Below are positions 24,818 to 38,267 of a stretch of 64,000 nucleotides of DNA, piece after piece. The translations under genes and the position numbers were made by a program. This DNA is from the human T2T-CHM13v2.0 reference genome, Homo sapiens, in the NCBI RefSeq assembly GCF_009914755.1, contig NC_060930.1. One strand, 5' to 3'. A model generated the notes under the pieces. It saw only the letters and a list, made by a program, of their open reading frames with translations, made no database searches and was not told the origin of the DNA. The stretch's first letter is position 1; every line of letters starts with the position of its first letter.

Positions 24818-27800
24818 GTAGGTTTTGTGTTCCTGCTGTCCATAAGGAAAAAAAAAGCGTTTATGCACCCTTTGTCTTGGGCGGTCTGCAAAGGCCATCC
24901 TGTTTAAGGCAGACAAAACTTTCAAAGAAAAATATATTTAAAAAACCATTATCTCAGGGTAATAAATCATCATAGTGTAAACACAGATAATAAATATATA
25001 AGATAAAAAGGATTAAGCAATTATGCTGTGAATTGGCTGAAGAGAAAATGTAAAACATTTAGCTGGAGTAAATTTGGGAGAATACTACCTCTTTCCTTTA
25101 AATAATTCTTGGAGAAGGTTGATATGAGGAGTTTCTTTAGTCAAGAAGAGTGTGCTTGGTGAGCTGGGTCCATCAAGAAGCATATTTCAGACGTAAGAAA
25201 GATCTAGTGAAAAGACGGTAATTGGACATTAGAGGTAGACCCATTGATTTTAAATTAGTAAAAGACTAGTAAAAGGATAAACTAGGAAATAAGAGTAAGA
25301 AAAATAATTTTCCCCTGTGTATCCTAAGGAAAACATCTTTTGTGGTCCTGGAAGCCACAAGGCTGGGGTTGACCTCAGTGAGAGGGGGAAAATATACCAC
25401 CCCAAAACTTAGTGGCAAGATTGAATGGTTCTTTTAAGGTAGAGAGAGTCTGGTACAATAGGAGGAGACCCACATCTGTGATGGCAGGAAAGAAAGGATG
25501 CGGACAAGGAGGCATTTTGAAGTTGAAAAATAGAATAATTTGCCATTGACTGGCTATTTGCTATAATGAAAATGTAAGGTGACTGACGAAGTGTAGTTAG
25601 AATGTTAGGAATGCAGACGCTGGCTTTGAGAGTAGGTAGGTAGTGGATGCAGAGCTCTAACTTCTTGACAATGACCACGAATTGTTACCCAGATGTCCCA
25701 TTTAGGATCTAATAGACCAGGCATTTGCAATCAACCCAAAGTAGTTTAAAGGACATTTTTACTGGCGTGTTGGTCTTTTTGCATTACTAGGACAGGACCA
25801 ATGCAAAATGGTAGAATGAGCATTGGAGTTTTGGTGCCACACCATCTTTATTTCTGTAGGCTTCACTGAGTTTCTGATGCTGCATTTTTATTATCTTCAA
25901 GCATCTAGTATCTTGTATTGTCTTCTGGTAGTAAAAGACACACACTGCGGTACTCACATTTTTACTGGGCTAAAACATTTATTTCTTCTTGAAGTTCGTT
26001 CTTAGCTAGGTATTGGAACAAAATATTATAATCATATAATTAAATGTATTCCCAATATGCTGTGATAGGTTTAAATATTTCTTTCTTGCCTCAGAAAAGA
26101 TAATGAAATAGTTGGAGATGTAGAAATGTGGAAATTTCCATTGTTAGGGGAGGACAGCTTTAGGTGACTTCTCTGAGAAGAAAATGTATTAATAAAAAAT
26201 TAACAAAGCAATTGTTGGGTCTTTGATTTACTCTTTCTCCAACTGATAGTTTTTTCCCCTGAATTGGCCATTTATTTTTATTTTTGTGTGTTCAAATATA
26301 CAGAAGTGAATCTAGAGACTGAATATGTCCTTTAAAATATTTTTTCCAAAAAAGGTTATTTAGGAGCAGGTTATAGTTCATGTTATTAGAGCTCTAAATA
26401 AAAAAGCAGAGCTCAACCTCATATATTAATTGTGGCTGAAGATTATGATTACCAGTAGTGGTGGAATACTAGATCCTAAAGTGTTTGACCAATTACCAAT
26501 TATTTGAACAATTACCATTGCTCTTGTTTCCATTTCCTATAATAATCCACTTGAGTGAACTGTAGGTCATCATGAAATAAAAATAAGATGACCATTGCCA
26601 CAAGTGTAAACTAAGGAGAAATGACCAGAGCACCAAAGAAAGCAGTCTGGAAGTTTAATATAGTGAACTGTAATGTACAAAGTCTAAAAAAAAATTACAC
26701 GATTGGGCTGCTTGATGCCAACAATATCAAATTTTTAATCAGAAATACAGTCAAGTAAGTAAATTTCTAGTCTACCTGGTGAAAATGAATCCATATATAG
26801 AATTGTCTGTAAATTACCTCTATTGGTTAGTCATTGATAAGCTATTCCTAAGAAATGTCTTCACTTCTTAGTCTGGCCTTTAACCTTTCCATGACCTAGC
26901 CTAGGTGTCTTTTTCTATCTACATCTTTTACCTCTCTTCTTCAGCTCTCCTGAACAATCACCAAAGTACATACTTCATACCTTCCCATCTCTGAGCCCTT
27001 GATTCCTCTGGTCAAATGCTTCCTTCTTTCCCTAGCTCTTCTCCATTTTGACCTAGGCTACTTGATAATTTAAGCTCAGTTCAAGTAGCATCTCCTCTTA
27101 AAGATGTTCCCTTTGGAAAGGAGTTAGTTCTTGTTCATGTTTGTGATTTTCTTTATTATTTTATAGCTTTTAGTGGGGGAAAAAATTCTCCATTATAATT
27201 CCTTTTCATTCTGTTGTAATAATTTACTTTTATCTTTTTTCCTCACTGGCTGAAAACTACATTAAATCAAGTTCTGGTCCCTTGTTAATTTCTGTATCCC
27301 TAGCACTTAATGCAGTGCCTTACATATAAAGGGGGTTCAATAAGGTGAGTGAAAAAAATGAAATATTCAAAAGATTGCATATCTTTTCAACTGTGAAGTC
27401 CTTGCTCAGATACTGACACCTTCATGAAGCTGTTTTGTTCTCTCAGTGAAAGCAATCTCTCTCCCAACATTATTCTGATAGCTTTTTTTCTGTACCTATT
27501 TTATAATTATCATAGGCAGTACTATAGCTATTTAGATACATGTCTTATCTCCCCTAAGAGATTGTAAAGTTTTTACAGGTAAAGCCCATGTTAAATTCAG
27601 TTTTATTAAACTTTTTGTCCCCTACAGTGGTTAGCATATTATCAGGGACATAGTCAATATAAATATTGGGTTGAATGATAAACTCCCCAAGTGCTTCCTG
27701 AAGTGGCATGTTTAAGTAAAAGTATCTTACGTTAAAAAAATCACTCAATAATTTCAAAGCATGTCAAAAGTAAACATGTTATGTAAAATAAGCTGTTGAA

Positions 27801-28689
27801 TCAAAATCCTCTTAAATAAAATTCAGAAAAAAGAGACTTGAATGTTCATGTAAAAGTCTAAGAATTTTCTAGGGGTAGTATTAGAGTTACGGGAGAGGTG
27901 AATACACATACAACACAGTGATTCGTCTGAAAGACCTATGATAAAGTTTGGAGCTAAGATAGTGACTGTGGGAATAGACAGAGAGCCTGATGAGGTAGAA
28001 TTAGCTGAACTTGTTCATTGACAATATATGGGAAAAATTAAGCATGAATGAAGTTTATTACCTCATTGGATGAATGTTGGCATCATTAATTGAAGAATGA
28101 ATAACAGGTCTTGGGTGGGGATGGGAAGAGATTAGACATCTGATGTTGAGTTTGAGATGCCTTGGTGGCACTATATGATGATATCTAGAAAGAAGTTGGA
28201 AGTATGAATCCTGGACATAGGAGAGAGAAGGGAGACTGGAGATATTCGTCATATAAATTAAAGTGATGGGAATTTACTCAGGGAGAGAAGGTAAAAGTAG
28301 GAAGACAGGATTCAAGCCAGGAAACAGAAAAGTATAAAAGCACCTATGAAAAAAGAGAGCCAATGAGAAACCTAGGTGTCTTTTTCTATCTAAGAGGTGA
28401 ATCAAAGATGTCTGAGAGAGTGGTTTTATGCAGTGGAAACTAATGAGACTTTCCAAAAAGAGGAGTCTATAGTAGAATATAAAACAAGGTAAAATAAAGT
28501 AGGACCCCTGAGTCCATTAAATCTTGAAATAAGGAGGTCATTTGGTGATCTTGGTGGGAACAGTGTGAGCGAGATTATGGGGACAGAAATCAGTTTGAGA
28601 AATGGATGGAGGTAAGGAAAGGGAGGTCATGCATTGGAGGGGTGATGTGGGAAAACCAAAATGAGATGGGCAATTGACTGGCTATGTTC

Positions 28690-28850
28690 CTCTGGGTGAG
28701 TTACTTGAAATCATAAACCTCAGTTTTCTCATTTGTAAAATGAGTTGATAATATATCAACCTTCCTTGTGAAGATTAAATGAGATAATACATGTAAAGTG
28801 CCTAGAATAGTGCCTGGCCAGTGGTAGGCTCTCAATAAATGATTTACTGT
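28690..28850 (+). mobile_element. MIR SINE
   Basis: CCTCAGTTTTCTCATTTGTAAAATGAG...GTGAAGATTAAATGAGATAATACATGTAAAGTGCCTAGAATAGTGCCTGGC. Confidence 0.8.
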
Positions 28851-29199
28851 ATCTAAGAAGTCTGAGATGGCAGCATTGTTTTTTTTTGGAGGGGGGGCAC
28901 AAAGTCAGGAACATGTGGAGAAGGAGAGTTTCACACCTTTTTCAAATGTAGCTCAGAAGTAAGAACTGGGGAGAGGAATGTGGAACATGAAAATAAGACC
29001 AAAAGAACTGACTGGGGCTAAATAATGCAGGTCCTGACATGAAATTCTGAGGAATTTGGACACTAGCATATATGTTTATTAAATAACTAGATTTCATGGA
29101 TTCATAGAAAAGGGATTACAGTAAGTTATTTGGATGGGGCATTAGACATAGAAACCCTCCATATACCCCCAGGCCTCAACTTTATAATGAAATACCCTA

Positions 29200-29385
29200 T
29201 TCATACCAGCATACTTATTACAATAGCCTTCATGTGTCTGTCTTACCCCACTAGATTCCTGAACCCCTTGAACTTGACAAAAAATATTTTTCTCACTTCT
29301 GCTTCCCATCACCTAATACAATGCCTGGAATACTGTGGGTGCTTAAAAAGTGTCTGATGAATGAATGAATAAATGAATGAATGAT
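29200..29385 (+). mobile_element. L2 3' end with (TGAA)n
   Basis: CCCACTAGATT...ACAATGCCTGGAATAC...TGAATGAATGAATAAATGAATGAATGA. Confidence 0.6.
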
Positions 29386-30264
29386 CCTCCTTTTCACATG
29401 ATCTTCTGATATAAATAGAGAATAGACATTACCTAAACCCTCTTAGTGAGCATTCAAAGCTGAAAGAAAATGATAATAGAGTATGGAAGAGCACCTAGGA
29501 CTCCTGCCTTAGAGTTAGTGCTGTTGCTCTTACTTAAGCAAATAATCTATAGCTTCTGACCCGAGAGATTTAGAGGTTGAAAACCTTGAAAGAAGCTGGG
29601 AGGTTAAACGTTCATGTTGGATTCAGCTAACTGCTGGAGGACTAGCTTGGAATGCCAAAGTACTTGCTGAAAATTGGCACATTTATATTAAGAAGCTGGG
29701 AGGTGAAGTGTTCATGGCCATCAGCTGGATGGCTCTTTGAATGCAGAACAGAGCCACCTGGGGCCTGACCGTGCAAGAATAGGTGAGAGGTGACTAAGTA
29801 GTAATTCAGATTCTACATGGGCCTTCTTGGTCATATAATTGTTTTGGGCAGTTGGGTAGGATTAAAAATTTAGAGGCCCTACATTCTTTTAGGCAATGGA
29901 CAAATCCCTGACCAAGTGATTTTTTTTTAAATAACTTTTCTCCAGTGATCTTCCCACTGCTACCTCTCCATTTCGTTTCGTGCTTAGGGTGAGTACATGA
30001 TTCCCTCTTTTTATCTTGTTACCTTTCATAGTGAATGAGACTAGATGCACTTAGGAGAATTTTTATGAATCAGTGAGAAGCTCCAGGCTCTGCTCTGATG
30101 CTGGCAGAATCCCTATAGTCCCTGAATGGTAGCTTGTTATTTCCTCTGGGTGGGTTAATTTGTACCATTAACCAGGTACAAAGGAAGAACATATCTGGAA
30201 AATCAAGTCGCTGTGACAATTCCAGCAGAAAGATGATGTAGGCTTTTAAGAAGAGAGTCTCCTG

Positions 30265-30308
30265 ACTTGTTGATGTCAGAACTTAAGAACTTGTTGATGT
30301 CAGAACTT
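30265..30308. repeat. 24-bp-period tandem duplication
   Basis: ACTTGTTGATGTCAGAACTT x2 separated by AAGA. Confidence 0.9.
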
Positions 30309-31052
30309 GGCTGGGGAGGTAACGACTGAATCAGAGGTCAGAGGCAATGTTCTTCCTACCACCTGCCCATCCTCACTGCCCAGAGTCTAGAGCAGAATAA
30401 GAGGGGGCAATTGCTGAGGGAGGGGTTAGACCCTCTTCAAGGAGAAACTATGTTTCCGCTTCTGCATCCTTCTGTTCCTTCATCTGCTAGACATTTTATT
30501 TATTTATTTTTTATTCCTGTATGAAGGTAGTAGGCTAGGCACTAGACACTAGGGGTACATAGACATATGATCTGCCTTTAAGGAATTTAAAAAGTGTATG
30601 TGCATGCTCAGAAAAAAAAGTGTATTAGGTTGCATGTTCAGAAAAGTGGGAAGCCTATGGGGAGGATGCCTAAGTCAGCCTGGAGCATCAGAAAGGGTTC
30701 ACAGAGGCAGTGTTGCTGAAATTTGAAGGATGAATACATTTTTGGCATTCCAGAAAGGTAATAGGGAAGGAAGTATCAGCACATAAGAACAGGGTGGAAG
30801 ATGAGAAGAAATATGAAAAGGACTCATCAAAAGATAGGAAATACACTAGGAAAGAGTAATGAAATAGAGGCCATAAATAAAAGTTTTGAAAAGGAGTGAG
30901 AGATTAGAAGAGTCAAACTCTGAAAAGAAATCAGAAAAGGTAAGCGATTCAAGTGCCTGTTGGGTTTAGGAAAAATAAACCATTGTAGATGTTAGTGATA
31001 ACAGTTTTCCATGTAAGGGTGGAGAAGAAATCTGTTAAGAAGTTAGTGGGAA

Positions 31053-31567
31053 GTGTATTAGTTTTCTGTTGTACAATAGCTTACCACAAATGTAGTGGCT
31101 TCACAAATTTACCTATTTCTCCTGGTTTCTGTAGATCAGATGTCTGGATATGTCTGAGCCATGTTCTTTGCTCAGGGTCTCTCACCAGGTTGAAATCAAG
31201 GTGTCAGTCAGGTTGGCAGAATTTATTTCCTTGAGGCTGTGGAATTCATGGCAGCTTGCCTCTTAAAGCCAGCAACAGAGAAAAAGTATCTCTGCTGCTT
31301 TGAGTCTCTAATTTCAAAGACCTTTTTTTAATTTTTATTTTTTTTAAAGAGCTCACTTGATTAGGTCACACCCACGCAGGATAAACCTCCCTTTTAATTA
31401 ACTTAAAGTAACCTGATTAGGGACCTTTGTTACATTTGAAAAATTCCTTCACCTCTGTCATATTCTATCAGTTAGAAGCAAGTAACCGTTTCCACCCACA
31501 CTTAAAAGGAAGGAATTCTATAAGGCTGGGACTCTTTGGGTAGTCATTTTAGGGTGTGCAGACTACA
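31053..31567 (-). mobile_element. MLT1-family (ERVL-MaLR) LTR
   Basis: TGTATTAGTTTTCT..TACCACAAATGTAGTGGCTT...GCTCAGGGTCTCTCACCAGGTTGAAATCAAGGTGTCAG...GACTACA. Confidence 0.75.
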
Positions 31568-31696
31568 AGAAATAAGAAACTCAGTGCAGTGATTATATTG
31601 TACAGACTTGACTGAGAAGAAAACAACATAGGCCTGTAATTATGGGAAATATAGTATCAAGAAAGAGCTTGGGATATGTATGTATATATTCGTTTT

Positions 31697-32188
31697 TGTC
31701 AGTTAGCTTTTGTTGCTTAACAAACCATGCCAGCATTTAGTGTTTTAAAACACAATATTTTATTTAGCTCAAAAATTTTTTGGTCAATAATTTGGGCTGT
31801 TTTCAGCTAGGTGGTTCTGCAGATATGGGCTGGATTCAGTTAATCTTTACTGTGACCTACCCATGTCAGTGATTGGCTGTTGGGTTAGCTGGTGGCTGGT
31901 TAGCTGTCTGGTGGCTGAGTAGTTGTGTGCTGAGACGTGGTCTTGTATCTTCCAGTAAACTAGCCTGAGCTCATTCATATTATGGCAATGTTCTGCACGT
32001 AACAAGCCAGTAAGCCTCAATGCACAAATGTTTTTCAAGATACTGCTTCTTGTATTGCATCTGATAATGTTGTATGGGCCAAAACAAGTCATTTGGCTAT
32101 CCAGATTAAAAGGTGGAACAAAAGACTGCGTTTATGATGGAATGAATGGGAAAGAACAGAGAATTGTGGGTACTTTCACTATTCACCA
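31697..32188 (-). mobile_element. MLT1-family (ERVL-MaLR) LTR
   Basis: TGTCAGTTAGCTTTTGTTGCTTAACAAACCA...TTTGGGCTG..CAGCTAGGTGGTTCT...GGCCAAAACAAGTCA...CACCACA. Confidence 0.65.
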
Positions 32189-35100
32189 CAATGATATTTA
32201 TTATCATGTTTTTAAAAGATTGAGAGAATTTCTGTTTTATATCTATGTTAGGATCAGGGAGCTAGGAAAAAATTAAAAAGGATAAGTACATAGGTTATGG
32301 GGAATAACTGATGAAATGAGATTTCTAAGAGGGCAAGAGCTGCTGTGATTCAGAGTACACAAGGAGAATTCACCTTTTACAAAGCGAAAGTTTTTTTCAT
32401 TCATCTTTCCTTAGAATGAGGGAAAGGGAATGAAGATGATACTACCAAAATTCACTTTCCTGGTAATCTCAATTTTCCTTGGAGTAAAGAAATCTAGGCC
32501 ATCTGTTGAGCATAATGGGAGAAATAGTAGGTTAAGGGTTTGTGGAGAATGTAAAGTTTTTGGAAAAGCTGTTCATCAGAACAGTAGAGGAAGCCAAGGT
32601 CCAAACAACAACAACAAAAAAGAAAACACAAATCAACCAACCAAAAAATCGAGAGGTGCAGGACCCAGCTGAGACTATAGACATTGAACTTGTGCTTTCA
32701 CCAGTCTACAGTGACTCAGCCAGCCCATATGTGAATTGAGAAAACCTCCCCTTCTGCAGGGGAATTCAGTGCAGGGGAAACCAGCCCCACTCAGCTTGCG
32801 CCCTTGTACAGGATGGTTTGCAAAATAGGTGCTGTGGTCCTATTAAAAAGTGGTATCAATTTTCTTTTTCTTATAGCAACTTTTGGTAGACTAGGTCTAG
32901 AAACATAATGGCAGTTGCTGGGATTGGTTTAAGAATGAAGGTTTGCTAAGTTGATTGGCAAGAGAGGATTGGCAAGAAACCACAATAGCTAGAATGTTGG
33001 CAATGCTGGCAAGAAGGTTGAGATTGAACAAAGTATTACTGAAACTTAAAAAATAGGGGATGAGGGGTGTGAGACTGGATAGCAAGAGAGGGGCTTCGTC
33101 ATGAAGGAAGTATCTGTAGTTCATGGTAGACACAAAGAAACCAGTGATGAGGTCTTGAGCATAGGTGATCAGATTTTAAAAGTTCAATCTGGTGATAGGT
33201 TAAATAGGCTGCAACTACAAGTAAGAACACCAGAAAAGATTATTTAATGTGTTCAGGTAAGAAAGGCTGAGAATCTGCCCTGTAGCATTACAAGCATTCA
33301 TCAGAGAGAAGAGGACAAATCAATAATAGCTAAGTTTAGGAGGCCGAGCTGCCATTATGCAATGATTGGTATGTGACGACAAGGGAGAATCTGGGGTTTC
33401 TGCCTCATGTAGCTGTACAGATTCAGGAGGAAGAGCACAACTATATACGATCCACATCTGGTGCTGTCAGAATCTCAGAAAGTATTCAAGATACTAGGTA
33501 GCAGATCAGTCACTTCAGTTTTTATTCAAATGCTTTGAAATCTCATAGAAACATCAGGGAAAATTGAATATATATACAGGAGCAGTTTATTTTAGATTTA
33601 CAGGCAGTAAAAATACAAGGCAGTTCTACAATAGAGATTGGTTGTTAAAATAATTGATGGTCTCTATTACATAGGATCTGAGGGTGAATTTATGATTAGG
33701 ATCATCTACTTACCTAATGATAGGAGCACATTTCATCTTCTGTTACTGAGATTATTGTGAATGTTTTCCAGAGTTCCAGATAGCCTTTCTAGGAGAAGAG
33801 AGTTTTGAAAATGACTTTAGAGAGAGTGTATGGCAAGGGGGGCTCAGGGAACCAGCATAGTTCTGGGTATTGGAAAACATGGTCATTGGTAGCTCTAGAG
33901 AGGTGTTTGAAGCAAAGGAATCAATAAAGATGAGGTAAGAAATAAATGGTAAAGAAAACCTAGAACAGCCTTGAGGGAGAAGGAGTTAGAGCATCAGTAA
34001 CAAACCTTGAGAACAACATAGAGGGTTATGAATGGTAGAGGAAGAAGAGATGGAAATAATTTGTGTTAAATAGATGCCAATAGGGAAGTTTGGGATCACT
34101 AATAAGGGATTTACAGGAAGAGGTAAAATGAAGGACTGATTCTGAGCTACTGACTGAGAAATTGACAGGTGCCCATGTCTTCTTTCTGCATACATATTTT
34201 CATGCCTTTACTTCCTCTTTTTAAAAATTTATTAATTAGAGAAACTCAGGAAAATCAATCTTTTTATAAAAAAAGAATCCTTCACCCCTGAGAATTTTAT
34301 AAAATATGGTGTCACATTTTTATATTGGTACAAATTAGGATACATCGTGGCATATTTGCAAGTTAGAAAGGAATATGTTGCATATACTTATTAATATATT
34401 AAGAAAATATAATAAAAATTATGTGCAGATTAATATAAACATGGTAAACATCTTTAGACTTTTCAGAGCCTTTCTCTTAGAAGTTCCTTAAAAATCAATG
34501 TTTTAAATATATTAAAAAGTATAATAAAATTCTGAGATATTTATATTAGGTAAAATATTAATTAATGTAGTAGAATGTTTGGTCATTAGAAGCCATAGTT
34601 TTGAGGAAATTGGAGAGGTTAGTCTTTTCCTCTGAATGAGACCCTAACAGTTACAGCTCTATGGTCTTAGCATAGTGATAATTTGGTGAATAATCAATCA
34701 GGGTAAATAACTGAGTTTGTCATATACATTAAAGTTATTTGGAAACAGCAGAACTGAAAAGGTAATGAGAGTTTTGTGACTGCTGTTATTAATTTACAGA
34801 ATTCTTTACCAAACAGCTATTCCAGGCATAGTACAACATGCAAAGACACACTACACAGTCTAGAAATGTTTCTATATTCTTTTCATTAGGAGAGATCAAT
34901 CATAGGAAACAATTAGAGAAGACTTTTCTTTGTGGTAAAAAAAAAAAATTCCCTGGATACACTATTTACCCTAAAAGAACAATTTCTTAAACATTAATTA
35001 TGTATTTAACTAAAATGATTGCATAACTCCAAATAAGACATTGTCATGCTTGTAGTGACAGAAACATTCAGCTGCCCAGCTAGTAGTGTTTGGATTTAAA

Positions 35101-35847
35101 TATATCTCTAACCAAATGCATCAGTTACATAAACATTGGCTAAGCAGAGTTGTTTCTAAATAAAACTTATACGAGTGAATTGCTAAGCTTTCTTCTTCCA
35201 TTTGATTCAATTCTGCTTGACTTTTAATTATCTCTGATTTTCCCATATTCTGGGTTACGCCAATATATTCAGGTGTTATTTATGTAGCAAGAATTCTTCC
35301 GTGTTGCAAAGATACAAATTCACATATAAAAGAAAAGAATATTTTGGGTATGTTTACTTAGAAACTTGGAAGTTTGGGATGAGTGTTTGAATTTGCCAGT
35401 TTTAAATATTTTTAGAGATTAAAACTATATGACATGAAAACCTCTGCATTAGGTCTGATGGAAATCTTAAAATGTTATAAGCAAAATCAAGAAATATCTT
35501 TTACTTTATTTGTAAAGTTTTGCTAAGTTTGATTGTTATGTTTATATACATTTTCCTGCTATGTGCTTAATGAATATCTATATGTAAATCTTAATATTTA
35601 TTGATATTTTGAATGATTGATATTCCCTAAATTCTTTATTAGACATGCATGTTTATTATTTCTTTTATATATTGACATAATCAAATCAATGACTTTTAAG
35701 GGAAAGTTCTGTTTAAAAGGTGTTCAAAGTATTTATAACTTCAGTGCTTATCTTAAAGTACTAGATGATTTTTAAAATGGCACAAGACTACCTACATCCA
35801 GTTGTTTCACAGGCTCTCCCTAGCTTCTCTTGTAAAATGATGAATTG

Positions 35848-35894
35848 TTCTTTATTTCCTCTTTATTTGGTTTCTTTATTTCCTCTTTATTTGG
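35848..35894. repeat. 24-bp-period tandem duplication
   Basis: TTCTTTATTTCCTCTTTATTTGG x2. Confidence 0.9.
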
Positions 35895-36667
35895 ATTGAT
35901 GGGTTTCCTTGTTTCAGGTGGATTGTATTTGTAAAGTGTTCGGGCTTCTTTTGACACAAAAGAGAGCCTATTTCTTCCAGCATGACCCAAATCATTTGTT
36001 AAATGTTCATTATATGTTCATGTTAAATGTTCATTCTGGCAAATAATTAGGAAAAATAAGCTAAAACTTCCTGTTTAATTTGGACTTTGCTTTCACTCTC
36101 TCAATTTATCATTCTGTGTTGACATTGGGTGTTTCATCATTTGAATTCCAGGCACTTTTCCAAGTTCACAGCATGTAGGAGTTAAGTAGTAGAAACTCTC
36201 AGAATTTTAAACACTTGAAGTGTGTTAAAGTTTTTTTAAGACTTGTAGTCGTTATTATAATATCATCCTTTATATTCTTACAATAGAAGAAAATAATTTT
36301 CCAAAGTGAAATTTGCAATTTATACTGATGGTGATTTAAATCTTTCCAAATCACACAATTCAAAATTAAGATAACTATTTTAGATGCTGTCAACGAATTA
36401 TCTTCCAACTATGCAATACAATTTTATATTGATTTCATTCTGTGGGATAAATGAGGTATAGGATGTAATGCTTCACAGCTTATTTGTATCTTATTTCGAA
36501 TTCAGAGCAAGGCCTCATTAGCAAAATAGAATTTCCTTCATTTTTGTGGAGGTTTAAGATGCCTCCTTTTGTGTAAATTGTTTGTATAATCGCACAAGTG
36601 ACAAGAATATTTTGATCGTTTCACAAATAATGTCCTATTTCAATCTGTCTATTTCTCTTTCCTCTAG

Positions 36668-38239
36668 TTAACTTCTTCTCCCACTACCTCTGAGCAGCTT
36701 GCCTGTAAACCACCTGCTTTCTCCTTTGTTTCTCCAACTAATCCGAACACACCACCCGACCCAGTTAACCTCGAGGGAGCCTCTGTCCTAGAGGAGTTCC
36801 ACACTAGGAGGCTGGATGTCGGTGGGGCCGTGGTGGAAGAATCAGCTACGTATTTTCAAACTACCGCTCACTCTACACCCTTTTCTGCATCGAAGGGCAC
36901 CTCCTCGACGTTACTGTTTCCCCATTCCACTCAACTATCAGGTTCTAATTTACCCAGTTCAACTGCAGCAGATCCAAAGCCTGGACTGACCTCTGAAGTT
37001 CTCAAGAAGACAACTTTAACCTCGCATGTCCTTAGTCACGGAGAAAGTCCGAGAACCTCTTCTTCTCCACCGTCCTCCAGTGCTTCTCTGAAGTCGAATT
37101 CGGCCTCGTACATACCAGTCCGCATTGTCACGCATTCACTCTCTCCGAGCCCCAAACCATTTACCTCCTCTTTCCACGGCTCTTCTTCCACCATCTGCAG
37201 CCAAATGTCATCTAGTGGAAATCTTTCAAAGTCAGGGGTAAAATCCCCGGTGCCTTCCCGGCTTGCCCTTCTCACTGCCATTCTCAAGTCAAACCCTTCC
37301 CACCAAAGACCCTTTTCCCCTGCATCCTGTCCCACCTTCTCTCTCAACTCCCCGGCCTCTTCCACGCTCACACTTGACCAAAAAGAAAAGCAGACCCCAC
37401 CCACGCCTAAAAAATCTCTCTCAAGTTGTTCCCTGAGAGCCGGGTCACCAGATCAAGGGGAACTCCAGGTTTCTGAATTGACCCAGCAATCTTTTCACCT
37501 GCCTGTTTTCACCAAGTCTACTCCGCTTTCTCAGGCGCCCTCCCTCTCTCCTACAAAACAGGCTAGTAGCAGCCTTGCTTCCATGAATGTAGAGAGAACA
37601 CCATCACCTACTTTGAAGAGCAATACCATGCTCTCCCTGCTACAAACCAGTACATCCAGTTCTGTGGGTCTTCCTCCTGTTCCACCAAGCTCTTCTCTTT
37701 CCTCTTTGAAGAGTAAACAGGATGGTGACCTCAGGGGTCCAGAAAACCCCAGAAACATTCACACGTACCCTTCTACATTAGCCTCCTCTGCATTATCTTC
37801 TCTATCTCCTCCTATTAATCAAAGAGCTACGTTCTCTTCTTCAGAGAAATGTTTCCATCCTTCCCCAGCTCTTTCAAGCCTGATAAACAGATCTAAAAGA
37901 GCATCATCCCAACTATCTGGCCAGGAGCTGAATCCTTCAGCTCTTCCTTCACTCCCTGTCTCCAGTGCTGACTTTGCCTCTCTTCCCAACTTGAGGTCCT
38001 CCTCTCTCCCTCATGCCAATCTGCCCACCCTGGTGCCCCAGCTCAGTCCCTCAGCTCTGCACCCACATTGCGGCAGTGGTACCTTGCCTTCAAGACTTGG
38101 GAAATCTGAAAGCACCACCCCCAACCACAGGTCACCTGTTTCAACCCCATCACTTCCCATATCTCTAACAAGGACAGAGGAGCTGATTTCACCTTGTGCA
38201 TTGTCCATGTCAACAGGCCCAGAAAATAAGAAATCAAAG
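36668..38239 (+). CDS. MLIP: MLIP giant Ser/Pro/Thr-rich exon (LTSSPTTSEQ...ENKKSK, 524 aa)
   Basis: Pyrimidine tract plus ctctAG|TTA; donor AAG|GTATTT; 1572 nt stop-free, in frame with ORF 36830-38413. Confidence 0.93.
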
Positions 38240-38247
38240 GTATTTTT

Positions 38248-38267
38248 TGCATGTTGCATGGTGCATG
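38248..38267 (+). promoter_or_regulatory. Triple RBFOX-binding motif (TGCATG x3), candidate intronic splicing enhancer
   Basis: TGCATG at 38248, 38255 and 38262, at intron positions +9 to +28 after the giant exon donor. Confidence 0.75.

Noticed and set aside
24818-24907. C-terminal extension of ORF 24443-24907
   Set aside because: Read-through past a strong CAG|GTAGGT donor into intron
30265-35894. Short 20-24-bp direct repeats as a CRISPR-like array
   Set aside because: Only two adjacent copies each, unrelated to one another, with no spacers; ordinary slippage duplications in eukaryotic DNA
37036-38259. Antisense ORFs of 69-122 aa over the giant exon
   Set aside because: Shadow ORFs of a real coding exon; no independent splice or promoter evidence
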